Origin: Escherichia coli
Lineage (GTDB): Bacteria; Pseudomonadota; Gammaproteobacteria; Enterobacterales; Enterobacteriaceae
NCBI RefSeq assembly: GCF_050920415.1
Contig: NZ_CP169309.1
Direction: 5' to 3' (one strand)
Length of the DNA stretch: 64,000 bases
The translations under genes and the position numbers were made by a program. Positions within the stretch are counted from its first letter, which is position 1; each line of letters begins with the position of its first letter. Positions 1-17,726 of this stretch are shown piece by piece. The notes under the pieces were generated by a model. That model was not told where the DNA came from and made no database searches. It worked only from the letters and a program-made list of their open reading frames with translations.

Positions 1-64
1 GCAGGCCGAACAGCTGGGGTGGGTGGAGACTCGCCCCATCAGGAATATTCAAGAGGTATAACAA

Positions 65-541
<477 letters not shown>

Positions 542-582
542 GAATTACCCAATACTCAAGATGTTGATGTATTGTAAAGAAA

Positions 583-612
583 GGAAAAAGGCCGCTATGC
601 GGCCTTTTATCA
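583..612. terminator. GC hairpin flanked by A/T runs between convergent greA and yhbY, probable bidirectional rho-independent terminator
   Basis: aaaaaggccgctatgcggccttttat inverted repeat. Confidence 0.6.
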
Positions 613-696
613 ACGAACAGAGCGTGGCATTTTGCTCTCCTGCCTGCGGAAAACCCCTCGTTTTACACAGCAAATGTGTGTAACTTTAGGATAATC

Positions 697-990
697 TTAG
701 CGCGGCAGCGAGATTTTACGTTCTTTAGTTGGGCGATAAAGCACCAGCGTTTTACCGATGACCTGTACATTACAGGCGCCGGTTTCGCGCACGATAGCTT
801 CCACGATCAAGGTTTTAGTTTCGCGATCTTCGGTGGCGATTTTCACCTTGATGAGTTCATGGTGCTCTAACGCTTGTTCAATCTCGGCCAGTACCCCTTC
901 GGTCAAACCATTACTGCCAAGCAGAACAACTGGCTTGAGCGGATGTGCCAGACCTTTCAGGTGCTGTTTTTGTTTAGTACTCAGATTCAT
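697..990 (-). CDS. yhbY: ribosome assembly RNA-binding protein YhbY (CRS1/YhbY domain)
   Basis: 97-aa ORF MNLSTKQKQHLKGLAHPLKPVVLLGSNGLTEG... Confidence 0.9.
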   Translation of the reverse strand: MNLSTKQKQHLKGLAHPLKPVVLLGSNGLTEGVLAEIEQALEHHELIKVKIATEDRETKTLIVEAIVRETGACNVQVIGKTLVLYRPTKERKISLPR

Positions 991-1013
991 CGTATTTTTT
1001 GCTTACGTTGGGA

Positions 1014-1041
1014 TTGAAAACGGGTCATTCTACCGCCATCT
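1014..1041 (+). promoter_or_regulatory. candidate sigma-32 heat-shock promoter of rlmE-ftsH
   Basis: TTGAAAA at 1014-1020 followed after about 12 nt by CCGCCATCT, resembling the sigma-32 consensus TTGAAA-N13-15-CCCCATNT; the operon is known to be heat-shock controlled. Confidence 0.4.
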
Positions 1042-1115
1042 CCCATATATCACCAAATAGGCGCGTAAAAATTTACGCAATTGGTTACGATGAGTTATCC
1101 CCATGGGAAAGTTAA

Positions 1116-1745
1116 ATGACAGGTAAGAAGCGTTCTGCCAGCTCCAGCCGCTGGCTTCAGGAACACTTTAGCGATAAATATGTTCAACAGGCACAGAAAA
1201 AGGGGTTACGTTCCCGTGCCTGGTTTAAACTTGATGAAATACAGCAAAGTGACAAACTCTTTAAACCGGGAATGACGGTTGTCGACCTTGGTGCTGCTCC
1301 GGGTGGTTGGTCACAATATGTGGTCACCCAAATTGGCGGCAAAGGCCGCATCATCGCTTGCGATCTTTTACCTATGGATCCTATCGTTGGTGTGGACTTT
1401 CTTCAGGGCGATTTTCGTGATGAACTGGTGATGAAAGCACTGCTGGAGCGCGTTGGCGACAGCAAAGTCCAGGTTGTCATGTCCGATATGGCACCAAACA
1501 TGAGCGGAACACCGGCGGTGGATATCCCCCGTGCCATGTATCTGGTGGAACTGGCGTTAGAAATGTGTCGTGATGTATTAGCGCCAGGTGGCAGTTTTGT
1601 AGTGAAGGTGTTCCAGGGCGAAGGTTTCGATGAGTATCTAAGGGAAATTCGCTCCCTGTTTACGAAGGTCAAAGTTCGTAAGCCGGACTCTTCTCGTGCA
1701 CGTTCGCGGGAAGTGTATATTGTAGCGACCGGGCGTAAACCCTAA
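1116..1745 (+). CDS. rlmE: 23S rRNA U2552 2'-O-methyltransferase RlmE (FtsJ/RrmJ)
   Basis: 209-aa ORF with SAM-binding motif [13 protein letters not shown]. Confidence 0.95.
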
Positions 1746-1844
1746 CCGGGAGATTTCAGACGAAAGTTTGAAAGATGCTGGATATAGAGTATCCTGACGC
1801 TGTTTTTAACACAGTTGTAATAAGAGGTTAATCCCTTGAGTGAC

Positions 1845-3779
1845 ATGGCGAAAAACCTAATACTCTGGCTGGTCATTGCCGTTGTGCTGATGTCAGTATT
1901 CCAGAGCTTTGGGCCCAGCGAGTCTAATGGCCGTAAGGTGGATTACTCTACCTTCCTACAAGAGGTCAATAACGACCAGGTTCGTGAAGCGCGTATCAAC
2001 GGACGTGAAATCAACGTTACCAAGAAAGATAGTAACCGTTATACCACTTACATTCCGGTTCAGGATCCGAAATTACTGGATAACCTGTTGACCAAGAACG
2101 TCAAGGTTGTCGGTGAACCGCCTGAAGAACCAAGCCTGCTGGCTTCTATCTTCATCTCCTGGTTCCCGATGCTGTTGCTGATTGGTGTCTGGATCTTCTT
2201 CATGCGTCAAATGCAGGGCGGCGGTGGCAAAGGTGCCATGTCGTTCGGTAAGAGCAAAGCGCGCATGCTGACGGAAGATCAGATCAAAACGACCTTTGCT
2301 GACGTTGCGGGCTGCGACGAAGCAAAAGAAGAAGTTGCTGAACTGGTTGAGTATCTGCGCGAGCCGAGCCGCTTCCAGAAACTCGGCGGTAAGATCCCGA
2401 AAGGCGTCCTGATGGTCGGTCCTCCGGGTACCGGTAAAACGCTGCTGGCGAAAGCGATTGCAGGCGAAGCGAAAGTTCCGTTCTTTACTATCTCCGGTTC
2501 TGACTTCGTAGAAATGTTCGTCGGTGTGGGTGCATCCCGTGTTCGTGACATGTTCGAACAGGCGAAGAAAGCGGCTCCGTGCATCATCTTTATCGATGAA
2601 ATCGACGCCGTAGGCCGCCAGCGTGGCGCAGGTCTGGGCGGTGGTCACGATGAACGTGAACAGACTCTGAACCAGATGCTGGTTGAGATGGATGGCTTCG
2701 AAGGTAACGAAGGTATCATCGTTATCGCTGCGACTAACCGTCCGGACGTTCTCGACCCGGCGCTGCTGCGTCCTGGCCGTTTCGACCGTCAGGTTGTGGT
2801 TGGCTTGCCAGATGTTCGCGGCCGTGAGCAGATTCTGAAAGTTCACATGCGTCGCGTACCATTGGCACCCGATATCGACGCGGCAATCATTGCCCGTGGT
2901 ACTCCTGGTTTCTCCGGTGCTGACCTGGCGAACCTGGTGAACGAAGCGGCACTGTTCGCTGCTCGTGGCAACAAACGTGTTGTGTCGATGGTTGAGTTCG
3001 AGAAAGCGAAAGACAAAATCATGATGGGTGCGGAACGTCGCTCCATGGTGATGACGGAAGCGCAAAAAGAATCGACTGCTTACCACGAAGCAGGTCACGC
3101 GATTATCGGTCGCCTGGTGCCGGAACACGATCCGGTGCACAAAGTAACGATTATCCCGCGCGGTCGTGCGCTGGGTGTGACCTTCTTCTTGCCTGAGGGC
3201 GACGCAATCAGCGCCAGCCGTCAGAAACTGGAAAGCCAGATTTCTACGCTGTACGGCGGTCGTCTGGCTGAAGAGATCATCTACGGGCCGGAACATGTTT
3301 CTACCGGGGCGTCCAACGATATTAAAGTTGCGACCAACCTGGCGCGTAACATGGTTACCCAGTGGGGCTTCTCTGAGAAACTCGGTCCGCTGCTGTATGC
3401 GGAAGAAGAAGGTGAAGTGTTCCTCGGTCGTAGCGTAGCGAAAGCGAAACATATGTCCGATGAAACGGCACGCATCATCGACCAGGAAGTGAAAGCACTG
3501 ATCGAGCGTAACTATAATCGTGCGCGTCAGCTTCTGACCGACAACATGGATATTCTGCATGCGATGAAAGATGCTCTCATGAAATATGAGACTATCGACG
3601 CACCGCAGATTGATGACCTGATGGCACGTCGCGATGTACGTCCGCCAGCGGGCTGGGAAGAACCAGGCGCTTCTAACAATTCTGGCGACAATGGTAGTCC
3701 AAAGGCTCCGCGTCCGGTTGATGAACCGCGTACGCCGAACCCGGGTAACACCATGTCAGAGCAGTTAGGCGACAAGTAA
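1845..3779 (+). CDS. ftsH: ATP-dependent zinc metalloprotease FtsH
   Basis: 644 aa from [10 protein letters not shown]; Walker [12 protein letters not shown] region, HEAGH zinc motif; track ORF starts 9 nt upstream at TTG. Confidence 0.95.
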
Positions 3780-3810
3780 GTTCCCGCATTAGATGACTGT
3801 ATTTGTACTG

Positions 3811-3844
3811 AAAACCCCGGGGCGTGCTCCGGGGTTTTTTCTTA
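3811..3844 (+). terminator. rho-independent terminator downstream of ftsH
   Basis: aaaaccccggggcgtgctccggggtttttt hairpin plus U tract. Confidence 0.7.
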
Positions 3845-3868
3845 TCAATTCATACCAGGGATAACATC

Positions 3869-4717
3869 ATGAAACTCTTTGCCCAGGGCACTTCACTGGA
3901 CCTTAGCCATCCTCACGTAATGGGGATCCTCAACGTTACGCCTGATTCCTTTTCGGATGGCGGCACGCATAACTCGCTGATAGATGCGGTGAAACATGCG
4001 AATCTGATGATTAACGCTGGCGCGACGATCATTGACGTTGGTGGCGAGTCCACGCGCCCAGGGGCGGCGGAAGTTAGCGTTGAAGAAGAGTTGCAACGTG
4101 TTATTCCTGTGGTTGAGGCAATTGCTCAACGCTTCGAAGTCTGGATCTCGGTAGATACTTCCAAACCAGAAGTCATCCGTGAGTCAGCGAAAGTTGGTGC
4201 TCACATTATTAACGATATTCGCTCCCTTTCCGAACCTGGCGCTCTGGAAGCTGCTGCAGAAACCGGTTTGCCAGTTTGCCTGATGCATATGCAGGGAAAT
4301 CCAAAAACCATGCAGGAAGCCCCGAAGTATGACGATGTCTTTGCGGAAGTGAATCGCTACTTTATTGAGCAAATAGCACGTTGCGAGCAGGCGGGTATCG
4401 CAAAAGAGAAATTGTTGCTCGACCCCGGATTCGGTTTCGGTAAAAATCTCTCCCATAACTATTCATTACTGGCGCGCCTGGCTGAATTTCACCATTTCAA
4501 CCTGCCGCTGTTGGTGGGTATGTCACGAAAATCGATGATTGGGCAATTGCTGAACGTGGGGCCGTCCGAGCGCCTGAGCGGTAGTTTGGCCTGTGCGGTC
4601 ATTGCCGCAATGCAAGGTGCGCACATCATTCGTGTTCATGACGTCAAAGAAACCGTAGAAGCGATGCGGGTGGTGGAAGCCACTCTGTCTGCAAAGGAAA
4701 ACAAACGCTATGAGTAA
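3869..4717 (+). CDS. folP: dihydropteroate synthase
   Basis: 282 aa from [32 protein letters not shown]. Confidence 0.95.
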
Positions 4718-6047
4718 TCGTAAATATTTCGGTACCGATGGGATTCGTGGTCGTGTAGGGGATGCGCCGATCACCCCTGATTTTGTACTTAAGTTGGGTT
4801 GGGCCGCCGGTAAAGTGCTGGCGCGCCACGGCTCGCGTAAGATCATTATTGGTAAAGACACGCGTATTTCTGGCTATATGCTGGAGTCAGCACTGGAAGC
4901 GGGTCTGGCGGCTGCGGGCCTTTCCGCACTCTTTACAGGCCCGATGCCTACACCTGCCGTGGCTTATCTGACGCGTACCTTCCGCGCAGAGGCCGGGATT
5001 GTAATTTCTGCATCGCATAACCCATTCTACGATAACGGCATTAAATTCTTTTCTATTGACGGTACTAAGCTGCCGGATGCAGTTGAAGAAGCCATCGAAG
5101 CGGAAATGGAAAAAGAGATCAGCTGTGTTGATTCGGCAGAACTGGGTAAAGCCAGCCGTATCGTTGATGCTGCGGGTCGCTATATCGAGTTTTGCAAAGC
5201 CACGTTCCCGAACGAACTTAGCCTCAGTGAACTGAAGATTGTGGTGGATTGCGCAAATGGCGCGACTTATCACATCGCGCCGAACGTGCTGCGTGAATTG
5301 GGGGCGAACGTTATCGCTATCGGTTGTGAGCCGAACGGCGTAAACATCAATGCCGAAGTGGGGGCAACTGATGTTCGTGCGTTACAGGCGCGCGTACTGG
5401 CTGAAAAAGCAGATCTTGGTATCGCCTTTGACGGTGACGGCGACCGTGTGATTATGGTTGACCATGAAGGCAATAAAGTCGATGGCGACCAGATTATGTA
5501 TATCATCGCGCGCGAAGGTCTGCGTCAGGGCCAACTGCGTGGTGGCGCGGTGGGTACATTGATGAGCAACATGGGGCTGGAACTGGCGCTGAAACAGTTA
5601 GGAATTCCATTTGCGCGCGCGAAAGTGGGTGACCGCTACGTACTGGAAAAAATGCAGGAGAAAGGCTGGCGTATCGGTGCAGAGAACTCTGGTCATGTGA
5701 TCCTGCTGGATAAAACCACAACCGGTGACGGCATCGTTGCTGGTTTGCAGGTGCTGGCGGCGATGGCGCGTAACCATATGAGCCTGCACGATCTTTGCAG
5801 CGGCATGAAAATGTTCCCGCAGATTCTGGTTAACGTGCGTTACACCGCAGGTAGTGGCGATCCGCTGGAGCATGAATCAGTCAAAGCCGTGACCGCAGAA
5901 GTTGAAGCGGCGCTGGGCAGCCGCGGACGTGTGCTGTTGCGTAAATCCGGCACCGAGCCATTAATTCGCGTGATGGTGGAAGGCGAAGACGAAGCGCAGG
6001 TGACTGAATTTGCACACCGCATCGCTGATGCAGTAAAAGCCGTTTAA
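4710..6047 (+). CDS. glmM: phosphoglucosamine mutase
   Basis: 445-aa ORF with active-site region [10 protein letters not shown]; overlaps folP stop by 8 nt. Confidence 0.95.
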   Translation: MSNRKYFGTDGIRGRVGDAPITPDFVLKLGWAAGKVLARHGSRKIIIGKDTRISGYMLESALEAGLAAAGLSALFTGPMPTPAVAYLTRTFRAEAGIVISASHNPFYDNGIKFFSIDGTKLPDAVEEAIEAEMEKEISCVDSAELGKASRIVDAAGRYIEFCKATFPNELSLSELKIVVDCANGATYHIAPNVLRELGANVIAIGCEPNGVNINAEVGATDVRALQARVLAEKADLGIAFDGDGDRVIMVDHEGNKVDGDQIMYIIAREGLRQGQLRGGAVGTLMSNMGLELALKQLGIPFARAKVGDRYVLEKMQEKGWRIGAENSGHVILLDKTTTGDGIVAGLQVLAAMARNHMSLHDLCSGMKMFPQILVNVRYTAGSGDPLEHESVKAVTAEVEAALGSRGRVLLRKSGTEPLIRVMVEGEDEAQVTEFAHRIADAVKAV

Positions 6048-6065
6048 AACAGTAGAAGGCTGGCT

Positions 6066-6092
6066 AAAAAGGCGGCGATTGTCGCCTTTTTT
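6066..6092 (+). terminator. rho-independent terminator after glmM
   Basis: aaaaaggcggcgattgtcgccttttttc. Confidence 0.7.
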
Positions 6093-6274
6093 CTCAGCGA
6101 ACACATCGGTTTTGCTGTTTTTTTCCGCAGTTGATACAATGCGATAAAATTGCCCTTGCGAAGGTCATTCGCTTTGGTTAGTATTCACACCCGCTTCAGT
6201 GGGAAAGATTAAAAACTCCCGCTTTATTGGTTGAAGCATTGGTACGCGGCAACTCCGCAAGGAACAGGTTGATT

Positions 6275-6607
6275 ATGTACGAAGCTCTTTTAGTAGTTTT
6301 CCTTATTGTGGCAATTGGCCTTGTTGGTCTGATCATGCTGCAGCAAGGTAAAGGCGCTGATATGGGAGCCTCCTTCGGAGCAGGCGCTTCCGCTACGCTG
6401 TTTGGTTCAAGTGGTTCTGGTAACTTCATGACCCGCATGACGGCGCTGCTGGCAACGTTATTCTTCATCATCAGTCTGGTGCTGGGTAACATCAATAGCA
6501 ACAAAACCAATAAAGGTAGTGAATGGGAAAACCTGAGTGCGCCGGCCAAAACCGAACAAACTCAGCCAGCTGCTCCGGCTAAGCCGACCAGCGATATCCC
6601 GAACTAA
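6275..6607 (+). CDS. secG: preprotein translocase subunit SecG
   Basis: 110 aa from MYEALLVVFLIVAIGLVGLIMLQQGKGADMGASFG. Confidence 0.95.
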   Translation: MYEALLVVFLIVAIGLVGLIMLQQGKGADMGASFGAGASATLFGSSGSGNFMTRMTALLATLFFIISLVLGNINSNKTNKGSEWENLSAPAKTEQTQPAAPAKPTSDIPN

Positions 6608-6621
6608 AAAGTAGTATCCGT

Positions 6622-6708
6622 GCCGAGGTGGTGGAATTGGTAGACACGCTACCTTGAGGTGGTAGTGCCCAATAGGGCTTACGGGTTCAAGTCCCGTCCT
6701 CGGTACCA
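6622..6708 (+). tRNA. leuU: tRNA-Leu (anticodon GAG)
   Basis: GCCGAGGTGGTGGAATTGGTAGACACGCTACCTTGAGGTGGTAG...GGTTCAAGTCCCGTCCTCGGTACCA, 87 nt with long variable arm and encoded CCA. Confidence 0.95.
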
Positions 6709-6721
6709 AATTCCAGAAAAG

Positions 6722-6746
6722 AGACGCTGAAAAGCGTCTTTTTTCG
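6722..6746 (+). terminator. rho-independent terminator after leuU
   Basis: agacgctgaaaagcgtcttttttcg. Confidence 0.75.
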
Positions 6747-7164
6747 TTTTGGTCCTGGTCTGAGGAATGGTTGTCAGGTATCTGTATCTCGTCCAGTTGC
6801 TTTACTCGTAGCTGGTTCTTTGAAACGATGGTGCCGGTACGCCTTAGTTATAAACTTTTCCCTACTGCTGACATAATTGGCACTTTATTGTGTCAACTCC
6901 AGTTCCGGTACGAATACGGATATGTTTACTTCTCGATAAACCATCCTGCTCCTGTCAGTATAACTACTGATGGCTACGTTCTGCGTAATGTTTAGAGACG
7001 CATTGATAATGTTATTTAATTACTGAGAACAATGGCCGCATCATTTAAAAAGAAAAAACTAACAGTGTTTCGGTCTGATATGGATCAGCGTTGAAAAACA
7101 TGTCTGATATAAAATTGAACATTGTTGATAATTGTTTATATTGGTTGTGAACTTGGATTTCTGG

Positions 7165-8037
7165 ATGACAGTATTCAACAAATTTGTTAGAAGTTTTAAA
7201 TCTCATTGGTTGTTGTATCTTTGTGTTATTGTTTTTGGTATTACGAACTTAGTCGCCTCTTCCGGAGCGCATATGGTTCAGCGATTGCTGTTCTTCGTTC
7301 TGACCATCCTGGTTGTTAAACGTATATCATCCCTTCCGCTTCGCCTGCTTGTTGCCGCATCATTTGTGTTACTGACAGCGGCAGACATGAGTATTAGCCT
7401 CTATTCATGGTGTACCTTTGGTACAACTTTCAATGATGGATTTGCGATTAGTGTGCTGCAGAGTGATCCGGATGAAGTTGTCAAAATGCTGGGGATGTAT
7501 ATCCCTTATCTATGTGCTTTTGCCTTTTTATCCCTTCTTTTTTTGGCAGTAATAATAAAATATGATGTTTCCTTGCCGACGAAAAAAGTGACAGGAATAT
7601 TATTGCTGATTGTCATTTCGGGCAGTTTATTTTCCGCTTGTCAATTTGCTTATAAAGATGCAAAAAATAAAAAAGCGTTCAGTCCATATATACTAGCGTC
7701 GCGATTTGCTACCTATACACCGTTTTTCAATCTCAATTATTTTGCTTTAGCAGCGAAAGAGCATCAAAGATTACTCTCAATTGCAAACACGGTGCCGAAT
7801 TTTCAATTATCAGTCAGGGATACAGGTATTGATACCTACGTGTTGATTGTGGGGGAGTCTGTACGTGTCGACAATATGTCTTTGTATGGATATACACGCT
7901 CTACGACACCGCAAGTCGAAGCACAAAGAAAACAGATCAAACTGTTTAATCAAGCAATAAGCGGTGCACCTTACACTGCGCTGTCGGTTCCCCTTTCTTT
8001 AACTGCTGATTCTGTTTTGAGTCATGACATTCATAAT
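7165..8037 (+). pseudogene. yhbX: yhbX 5' fragment (EptA/sulfatase-family phosphoethanolamine-transferase-like inner membrane protein), interrupted by IS insertion
   Basis: N-terminal membrane domain ORF (MTVFNKFVRSFKSHWLLYL...) that runs straight into the IS left end and stops 4 codons inside it. Confidence 0.85.
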
Positions 8038-8138
8038 TGTCAGCGCCAATGATATAAGACAGTAATTCACCATTTGGATTGTCCGCTCCACCCAACATGT
8101 TGTTTCCTTAAGGTTCCTACACCACAAAGGGAACACTC

Positions 8139-10104
<1,966 letters not shown>

Positions 10105-10161
10105 TGACCAATAGCGGACATTAAAAATGGCGAAAAACGGCCAATAATCTTGGCGTTGACA

Positions 10162-10918
10162 TAATTACCCGGACAACATTATTAATATGGCTAATCAAGC
10201 AGGATTTCAGACTTTCTGGCTAAGCTCGCAATCCGCTTTTCGGCAGAATGGTACAGCAGTTACCAGTATCGCCATGCGCGCCATGGAAACAGTCTATGTC
10301 AGAGGATTTGATGAATTGTTGTTGCCGCATTTATCGCAAGCGTTACAGCAAAAGACGCAGCAAAAGAAACTGATTGTTCTTCATTTAAATGGAAGCCATG
10401 AACCGGCTTGTAGCGCCTATCCGCAATCCAGCGCCGTGTTTCAACCACAGGACGATCAGGATGCCTGCTATGACAACTCCATTCATTACACAGATAGTTT
10501 GCTAGGTCAGGTTTTTGAATTATTAAAAGATCGCCGAGCCTCGGTCATGTATTTTGCCGACCATGGCCTGGAACGCGACCCGACGAAGAAGAACATTTAT
10601 TTTCATGGAGGCAGGGAGGCCAGCCAGCAGGCATATCATGTTCCGATGTTTATCTGGTATAGCCCCGTTCTTGGGGATGGCGTGGATCGCACAACGGAAA
10701 ACGATATCTTTTCCACTGCTTACAATAATTACCTTATTAATGCGTGGATGGGGGTAACAAAGCCGGAACAGCCGCAAACGCTGGAGGAAGTGATTGCACA
10801 CTATAAAGGAGATTCACGGGTTGTAGATGCAAACCATGATGTTTTCGATTTTGTGATGCTAAGAAAGGAGTTTACTGAGGATAAGCAAGGTAACCCCACC
10901 CCTGAAGGGCAGGGTTGA
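10162..10918 (+). pseudogene. yhbX: yhbX 3' fragment (sulfatase-like catalytic domain)
   Basis: Continues the 5' fragment in frame once the IS and one TAAT copy are removed (...SHDIHN/YPDNIINMANQAGFQTFWLSS...). Confidence 0.85.
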
Positions 10919-10925
10919 TGTCGAA

Positions 10926-12284
<1,359 letters not shown>

Positions 12285-12320
12285 TTAATTAACTGATGAT
12301 GAGCCTGGATTTCCGCTCTC

Positions 12321-12359
12321 ACTGAATTTTTATGCAAAATAAATGAGTTTTCATTTAAT
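12321..12359 (-). promoter_or_regulatory. tandem ARG boxes (ArgR operator) in argG control region
   Basis: acTGAATttttATgCAaa then 3 bp then aaTGAgTtttcATTtAat; fits the 18-bp ARG box consensus and the usual 3-bp spacing. Confidence 0.6.
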
Positions 12360-12494
12360 CATCTTTTATCGGTGACAGGAAGAGTTTAGTGTGTTTTTTG
12401 TAAAATAATGCGCTTAAGGAGGAGCAGTAGAGGGCAAAAGTATTCGACAAACGAAAGTGAACTGGATATTCATTCACGCGATTAGCAATAAATG

Positions 12495-12524
12495 TTGACA
12501 AAATGTGGCGTGGATCACTATAAT
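12495..12524 (+). promoter_or_regulatory. sigma-70 promoter upstream of metY
   Basis: TTGACA - 18 bp - TATAAT; a second possible promoter (TTGCAT-17-TAGAAT) lies at about 12573-12601. Confidence 0.55.
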
Positions 12525-12616
12525 GCCTGCAGATTTTACGTCCCGTCTCGGTACACCAAATCCCAGCAGTGTTTGCATTTTTTACCCAAAACGAGTAGAA
12601 TTTGCCACGTTTCAGG

Positions 12617-12693
<77 letters not shown>

Positions 12694-12815
12694 CTTTCCC
12701 TTAGAGTCCTTTTTCAAATATACTGTGAAGACTTCGGCCTTCGTAGTGGGATTTGAAAAAATCCTTCTGGAAAGTGCTCCAGACCGCAGTTGCGGTTATA
12801 GGGTTCAGTTATATA

Positions 12816-12885
12816 AAGCCCCGATTTATCGGGGTTTTTTGTTATCTGACTACAGAATAACTGGGCTTTAGGCCCTTTTTTTATG
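12816..12885 (+). terminator. two tandem hairpin-U tract terminators/attenuators between metY and rimP
   Basis: aaagccccgatttatcggggttttttg and gggctttaggcccttttttt. Confidence 0.65.
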
Positions 12886-12899
12886 TCTTGGGGGTGGGC

Positions 12900-13352
12900 T
12901 TGTCCACATTAGAGCAAAAATTAACAGAGATGATTACTGCGCCAGTTGAGGCCCTGGGTTTTGAACTGGTTGGCATCGAGTTTATTCGCGGTCGCACATC
13001 CACACTGCGCATCTATATTGATAGTGAAGATGGCATCAATGTTGATGATTGTGCTGATGTGAGCCACCAGGTAAGTGCTGTGCTGGATGTCGAAGATCCC
13101 ATCACCGTTGCTTATAACCTGGAAGTCTCCTCACCGGGTCTCGATCGCCCACTGTTCACGGCTGAACACTACGCCCGTTTCGTCGGAGAAGAGGTGACTC
13201 TGGTTCTCCGTATGGCGGTACAAAACCGTCGTAAATGGCAGGGCGTTATCAAAGCGGTAGACGGTGAAATGATCACAGTTACCGTCGAAGGTAAAGATGA
13301 AGTGTTCGCGCTGAGTAATATCCAGAAGGCGAACCTGGTTCCCCACTTTTAA
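12900..13352 (+). CDS. rimP: ribosome maturation factor RimP
   Basis: 150 aa from a TTG start ([28 protein letters not shown]...). Confidence 0.9.
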
Positions 13353-13379
13353 TAGTCTGGATGAGGTGAAAAGCCCGCG

Positions 13380-14867
<1,488 letters not shown>

Positions 14868-14891
14868 TAAACTGTAGCAGGAAGGAACAGC

Positions 14892-17564
14892 ATGACAGAT
14901 GTAACGATTAAAACGCTGGCCGCAGAGCGACAGACCTCCGTGGAACGCCTGGTACAGCAATTTGCTGATGCAGGTATCCGGAAGTCTGCTGACGACTCTG
15001 TGTCCGCACAAGAGAAACAGACTTTAATTGACCACCTGAATCAGAAAAATTCAGGCCCGGACAAATTAACGCTGCAACGTAAAACCCGCAGCACCCTTAA
15101 CATTCCTGGTACCGGTGGAAAAAGCAAATCGGTACAAATCGAAGTCCGCAAGAAACGCACCTTTGTGAAACGCGATCCGCAAGAGGCTGAACGCCTTGCT
15201 GCGGAAGAGCAGGCGCAGCGTGAAGCGGAAGAGCAAGCCCGTCGTGAGGCAGAAGAATCGGCCAAACGCGAGGCGCAACAAAAAGCTGAACGTGAGGCCG
15301 CAGAACAAGCTAAGCGTGAAGCCGCTGAACAAGCGAAACGTGAAGCTGCGGAAAAAGACAAAGTGAGCAATCAACAAGACGATATGACTAAAAACGCCCA
15401 GGCTGAAAAAGCCCGCCGTGAGCAGGAAGCTGCAGAGCTCAAGCGTAAAGCTGAAGAAGAAGCGCGTCGTAAACTCGAAGAAGAAGCACGTCGCGTTGCT
15501 GAAGAAGCACGTCGTATGGCGGAAGAAAACAAATGGACTGATAACGCGGAACCGACTGAAGATTCCAGCGATTATCACGTTACTACTTCTCAACATGCTC
15601 GCCAGGCAGAAGACGAAAGCGATCGTGAAGTCGAAGGCGGCCGTGGCCGTGGTCGTAACGCGAAAGCAGCGCGTCCGAAGAAAGGCAACAAACACTCTGA
15701 ATCAAAAGCTGATCGTGAAGAAGCACGCGCAGCAGTACGTGGCGGTAAAGGCGGAAAACGTAAAGGTTCTTCGCTGCAGCAAGGCTTCCAGAAGCCAGCT
15801 CAGGCCGTTAACCGTGACGTTGTGATTGGCGAAACCATCACCGTTGGTGAACTGGCGAACAAGATGGCGGTTAAAGGTTCTCAGGTCATCAAAGCGATGA
15901 TGAAACTGGGCGCAATGGCAACCATCAACCAGGTTATCGATCAGGAAACCGCACAGCTGGTTGCTGAAGAGATGGGCCACAAGGTTATCCTGCGTCGTGA
16001 AAACGAGCTGGAAGAAGCGGTAATGAGCGACCGTGACACAGGTGCTGCGGCTGAACCGCGCGCGCCGGTTGTGACCATCATGGGTCACGTTGACCACGGT
16101 AAAACCTCTTTGCTGGACTACATTCGTTCAACGAAAGTGGCCTCTGGCGAAGCGGGCGGCATTACCCAGCACATTGGTGCATACCACGTTGAAACTGAAA
16201 ACGGCATGATCACCTTCCTGGACACCCCGGGGCACGCCGCGTTTACTTCAATGCGTGCACGTGGTGCGCAGGCAACGGACATCGTAGTCCTGGTTGTTGC
16301 TGCCGACGACGGCGTAATGCCGCAGACCATCGAAGCAATTCAGCACGCGAAAGCGGCAGGCGTGCCGGTTGTGGTTGCAGTGAACAAGATCGACAAACCA
16401 GAAGCCGATCCAGATCGCGTTAAGAACGAACTCTCCCAGTACGGCATCCTGCCGGAAGAGTGGGGCGGTGAAAGCCAGTTCGTACACGTGTCTGCGAAAG
16501 CAGGTACCGGTATCGATGAACTGCTGGACGCTATCCTGTTGCAGGCAGAAGTTCTGGAACTGAAAGCGGTACGTAAAGGTATGGCGAGCGGTGCGGTTAT
16601 CGAATCCTTCCTCGATAAAGGTCGTGGTCCGGTTGCTACCGTTCTGGTACGTGAAGGTACTCTGCACAAGGGCGACATCGTTCTGTGTGGTTTCGAATAC
16701 GGTCGTGTTCGCGCAATGCGTAACGAAATGGGTCAGGAAGTGCTGGAAGCAGGTCCGTCCATTCCAGTTGAAATCCTTGGCTTGTCCGGTGTTCCGGCAG
16801 CGGGTGACGAAGTTACCGTAGTGCGTGACGAGAAGAAAGCACGTGAAGTTGCACTGTATCGTCAGGGCAAATTCCGTGAAGTTAAACTGGCACGTCAGCA
16901 GAAATCGAAACTCGAGAACATGTTCGCTAACATGACCGAAGGCGAAGTTCACGAAGTGAACATCGTTCTGAAGGCAGACGTTCAGGGTTCCGTGGAAGCG
17001 ATCTCCGACTCCTTGCTGAAACTGTCTACTGACGAAGTTAAAGTGAAGATCATCGGTTCTGGCGTAGGTGGTATCACCGAAACCGACGCTACCCTGGCTG
17101 CGGCGTCCAACGCCATCCTGGTTGGTTTCAACGTACGTGCTGATGCCTCTGCACGTAAAGTGATTGAAGCGGAAAGCCTGGATCTGCGTTACTACTCCGT
17201 CATCTATAACCTGATCGACGAAGTGAAAGCGGCGATGAGCGGTATGCTGTCTCCGGAACTGAAACAGCAGATTATCGGTCTGGCGGAAGTTCGTGATGTG
17301 TTCAAATCACCGAAATTTGGTGCCATCGCAGGTTGTATGGTTACTGAAGGTGTGGTTAAACGTCACAATCCGATCCGCGTTCTGCGCGACAACGTGGTTA
17401 TCTACGAAGGCGAGCTGGAGTCCCTGCGCCGCTTCAAAGATGACGTTAACGAAGTCCGTAACGGTATGGAATGTGGTATCGGCGTTAAGAACTACAACGA
17501 CGTCCGCACTGGCGATGTGATCGAAGTATTCGAAATCATCGAGATCCAACGTACCATCGCTTAA
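14892..17564 (+). CDS. infB: translation initiation factor IF-2
   Basis: 890-aa ORF with charged repeat-rich N-terminal region and GTPase domain ([21 protein letters not shown]). Confidence 0.95.
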   Translation: MTDVTIKTLAAERQTSVERLVQQFADAGIRKSADDSVSAQEKQTLIDHLNQKNSGPDKLTLQRKTRSTLNIPGTGGKSKSVQIEVRKKRTFVKRDPQEAERLAAEEQAQREAEEQARREAEESAKREAQQKAEREAAEQAKREAAEQAKREAAEKDKVSNQQDDMTKNAQAEKARREQEAAELKRKAEEEARRKLEEEARRVAEEARRMAEENKWTDNAEPTEDSSDYHVTTSQHARQAEDESDREVEGGRGRGRNAKAARPKKGNKHSESKADREEARAAVRGGKGGKRKGSSLQQGFQKPAQAVNRDVVIGETITVGELANKMAVKGSQVIKAMMKLGAMATINQVIDQETAQLVAEEMGHKVILRRENELEEAVMSDRDTGAAAEPRAPVVTIMGHVDHGKTSLLDYIRSTKVASGEAGGITQHIGAYHVETENGMITFLDTPGHAAFTSMRARGAQATDIVVLVVAADDGVMPQTIEAIQHAKAAGVPVVVAVNKIDKPEADPDRVKNELSQYGILPEEWGGESQFVHVSAKAGTGIDELLDAILLQAEVLELKAVRKGMASGAVIESFLDKGRGPVATVLVREGTLHKGDIVLCGFEYGRVRAMRNEMGQEVLEAGPSIPVEILGLSGVPAAGDEVTVVRDEKKAREVALYRQGKFREVKLARQQKSKLENMFANMTEGEVHEVNIVLKADVQGSVEAISDSLLKLSTDEVKVKIIGSGVGGITETDATLAAASNAILVGFNVRADASARKVIEAESLDLRYYSVIYNLIDEVKAAMSGMLSPELKQQIIGLAEVRDVFKSPKFGAIAGCMVTEGVVKRHNPIRVLRDNVVIYEGELESLRRFKDDVNEVRNGMECGIGVKNYNDVRTGDVIEVFEIIEIQRTIA

Positions 17565-17581
17565 GGTTTTTAGGGTTCTAT

Positions 17582-17650
17582 GCGGGATAAGGCGTTTACG
17601 CCGCATCCGGCATGGATTGCCTGATGCGACGCTGGCGCGTCTTATCAGGC
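17582..17650. repeat. REP (repetitive extragenic palindromic) elements
   Basis: gcgggataaggcgtttacgccgcatccggca and gcctgatgcgacgctggcgcgtcttatcaggc. Confidence 0.8.
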
Positions 17651-17685
17651 TACGTGAACAGCCCTTCTAACTGAAATTAATTTTA

Positions 17686-17712
17686 AAAAGGGGCTAACAG
17701 CCCCTTTTTTGT
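17686..17712 (+). terminator. hairpin-U tract (attenuator/terminator) upstream of rbfA
   Basis: aaaaaggggctaacagccccttttttg. Confidence 0.6.
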
Positions 17713-17726
17713 CAGGAGAATTTATT

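Noticed and set aside
758-1060. 100-aa ORF overlapping yhbY on the opposite strand
   Set aside because: Antisense to the yhbY coding sequence and extending through the divergent promoter region; no supporting features.
6771-6995. 74-aa ORF in the leuU-yhbX spacer
   Set aside because: AT-rich, no convincing ribosome-binding site and no recognisable domain; more likely the yhbX promoter region than a gene.
6622-7164. Possible genomic island or prophage integrated at tRNA-Leu (leuU) or tRNA-fMet (metY)
   Set aside because: No integrase, no direct repeat of the tRNA 3' end, and the flanking genes (yhbX, argG, rimP) are the expected core neighbours.
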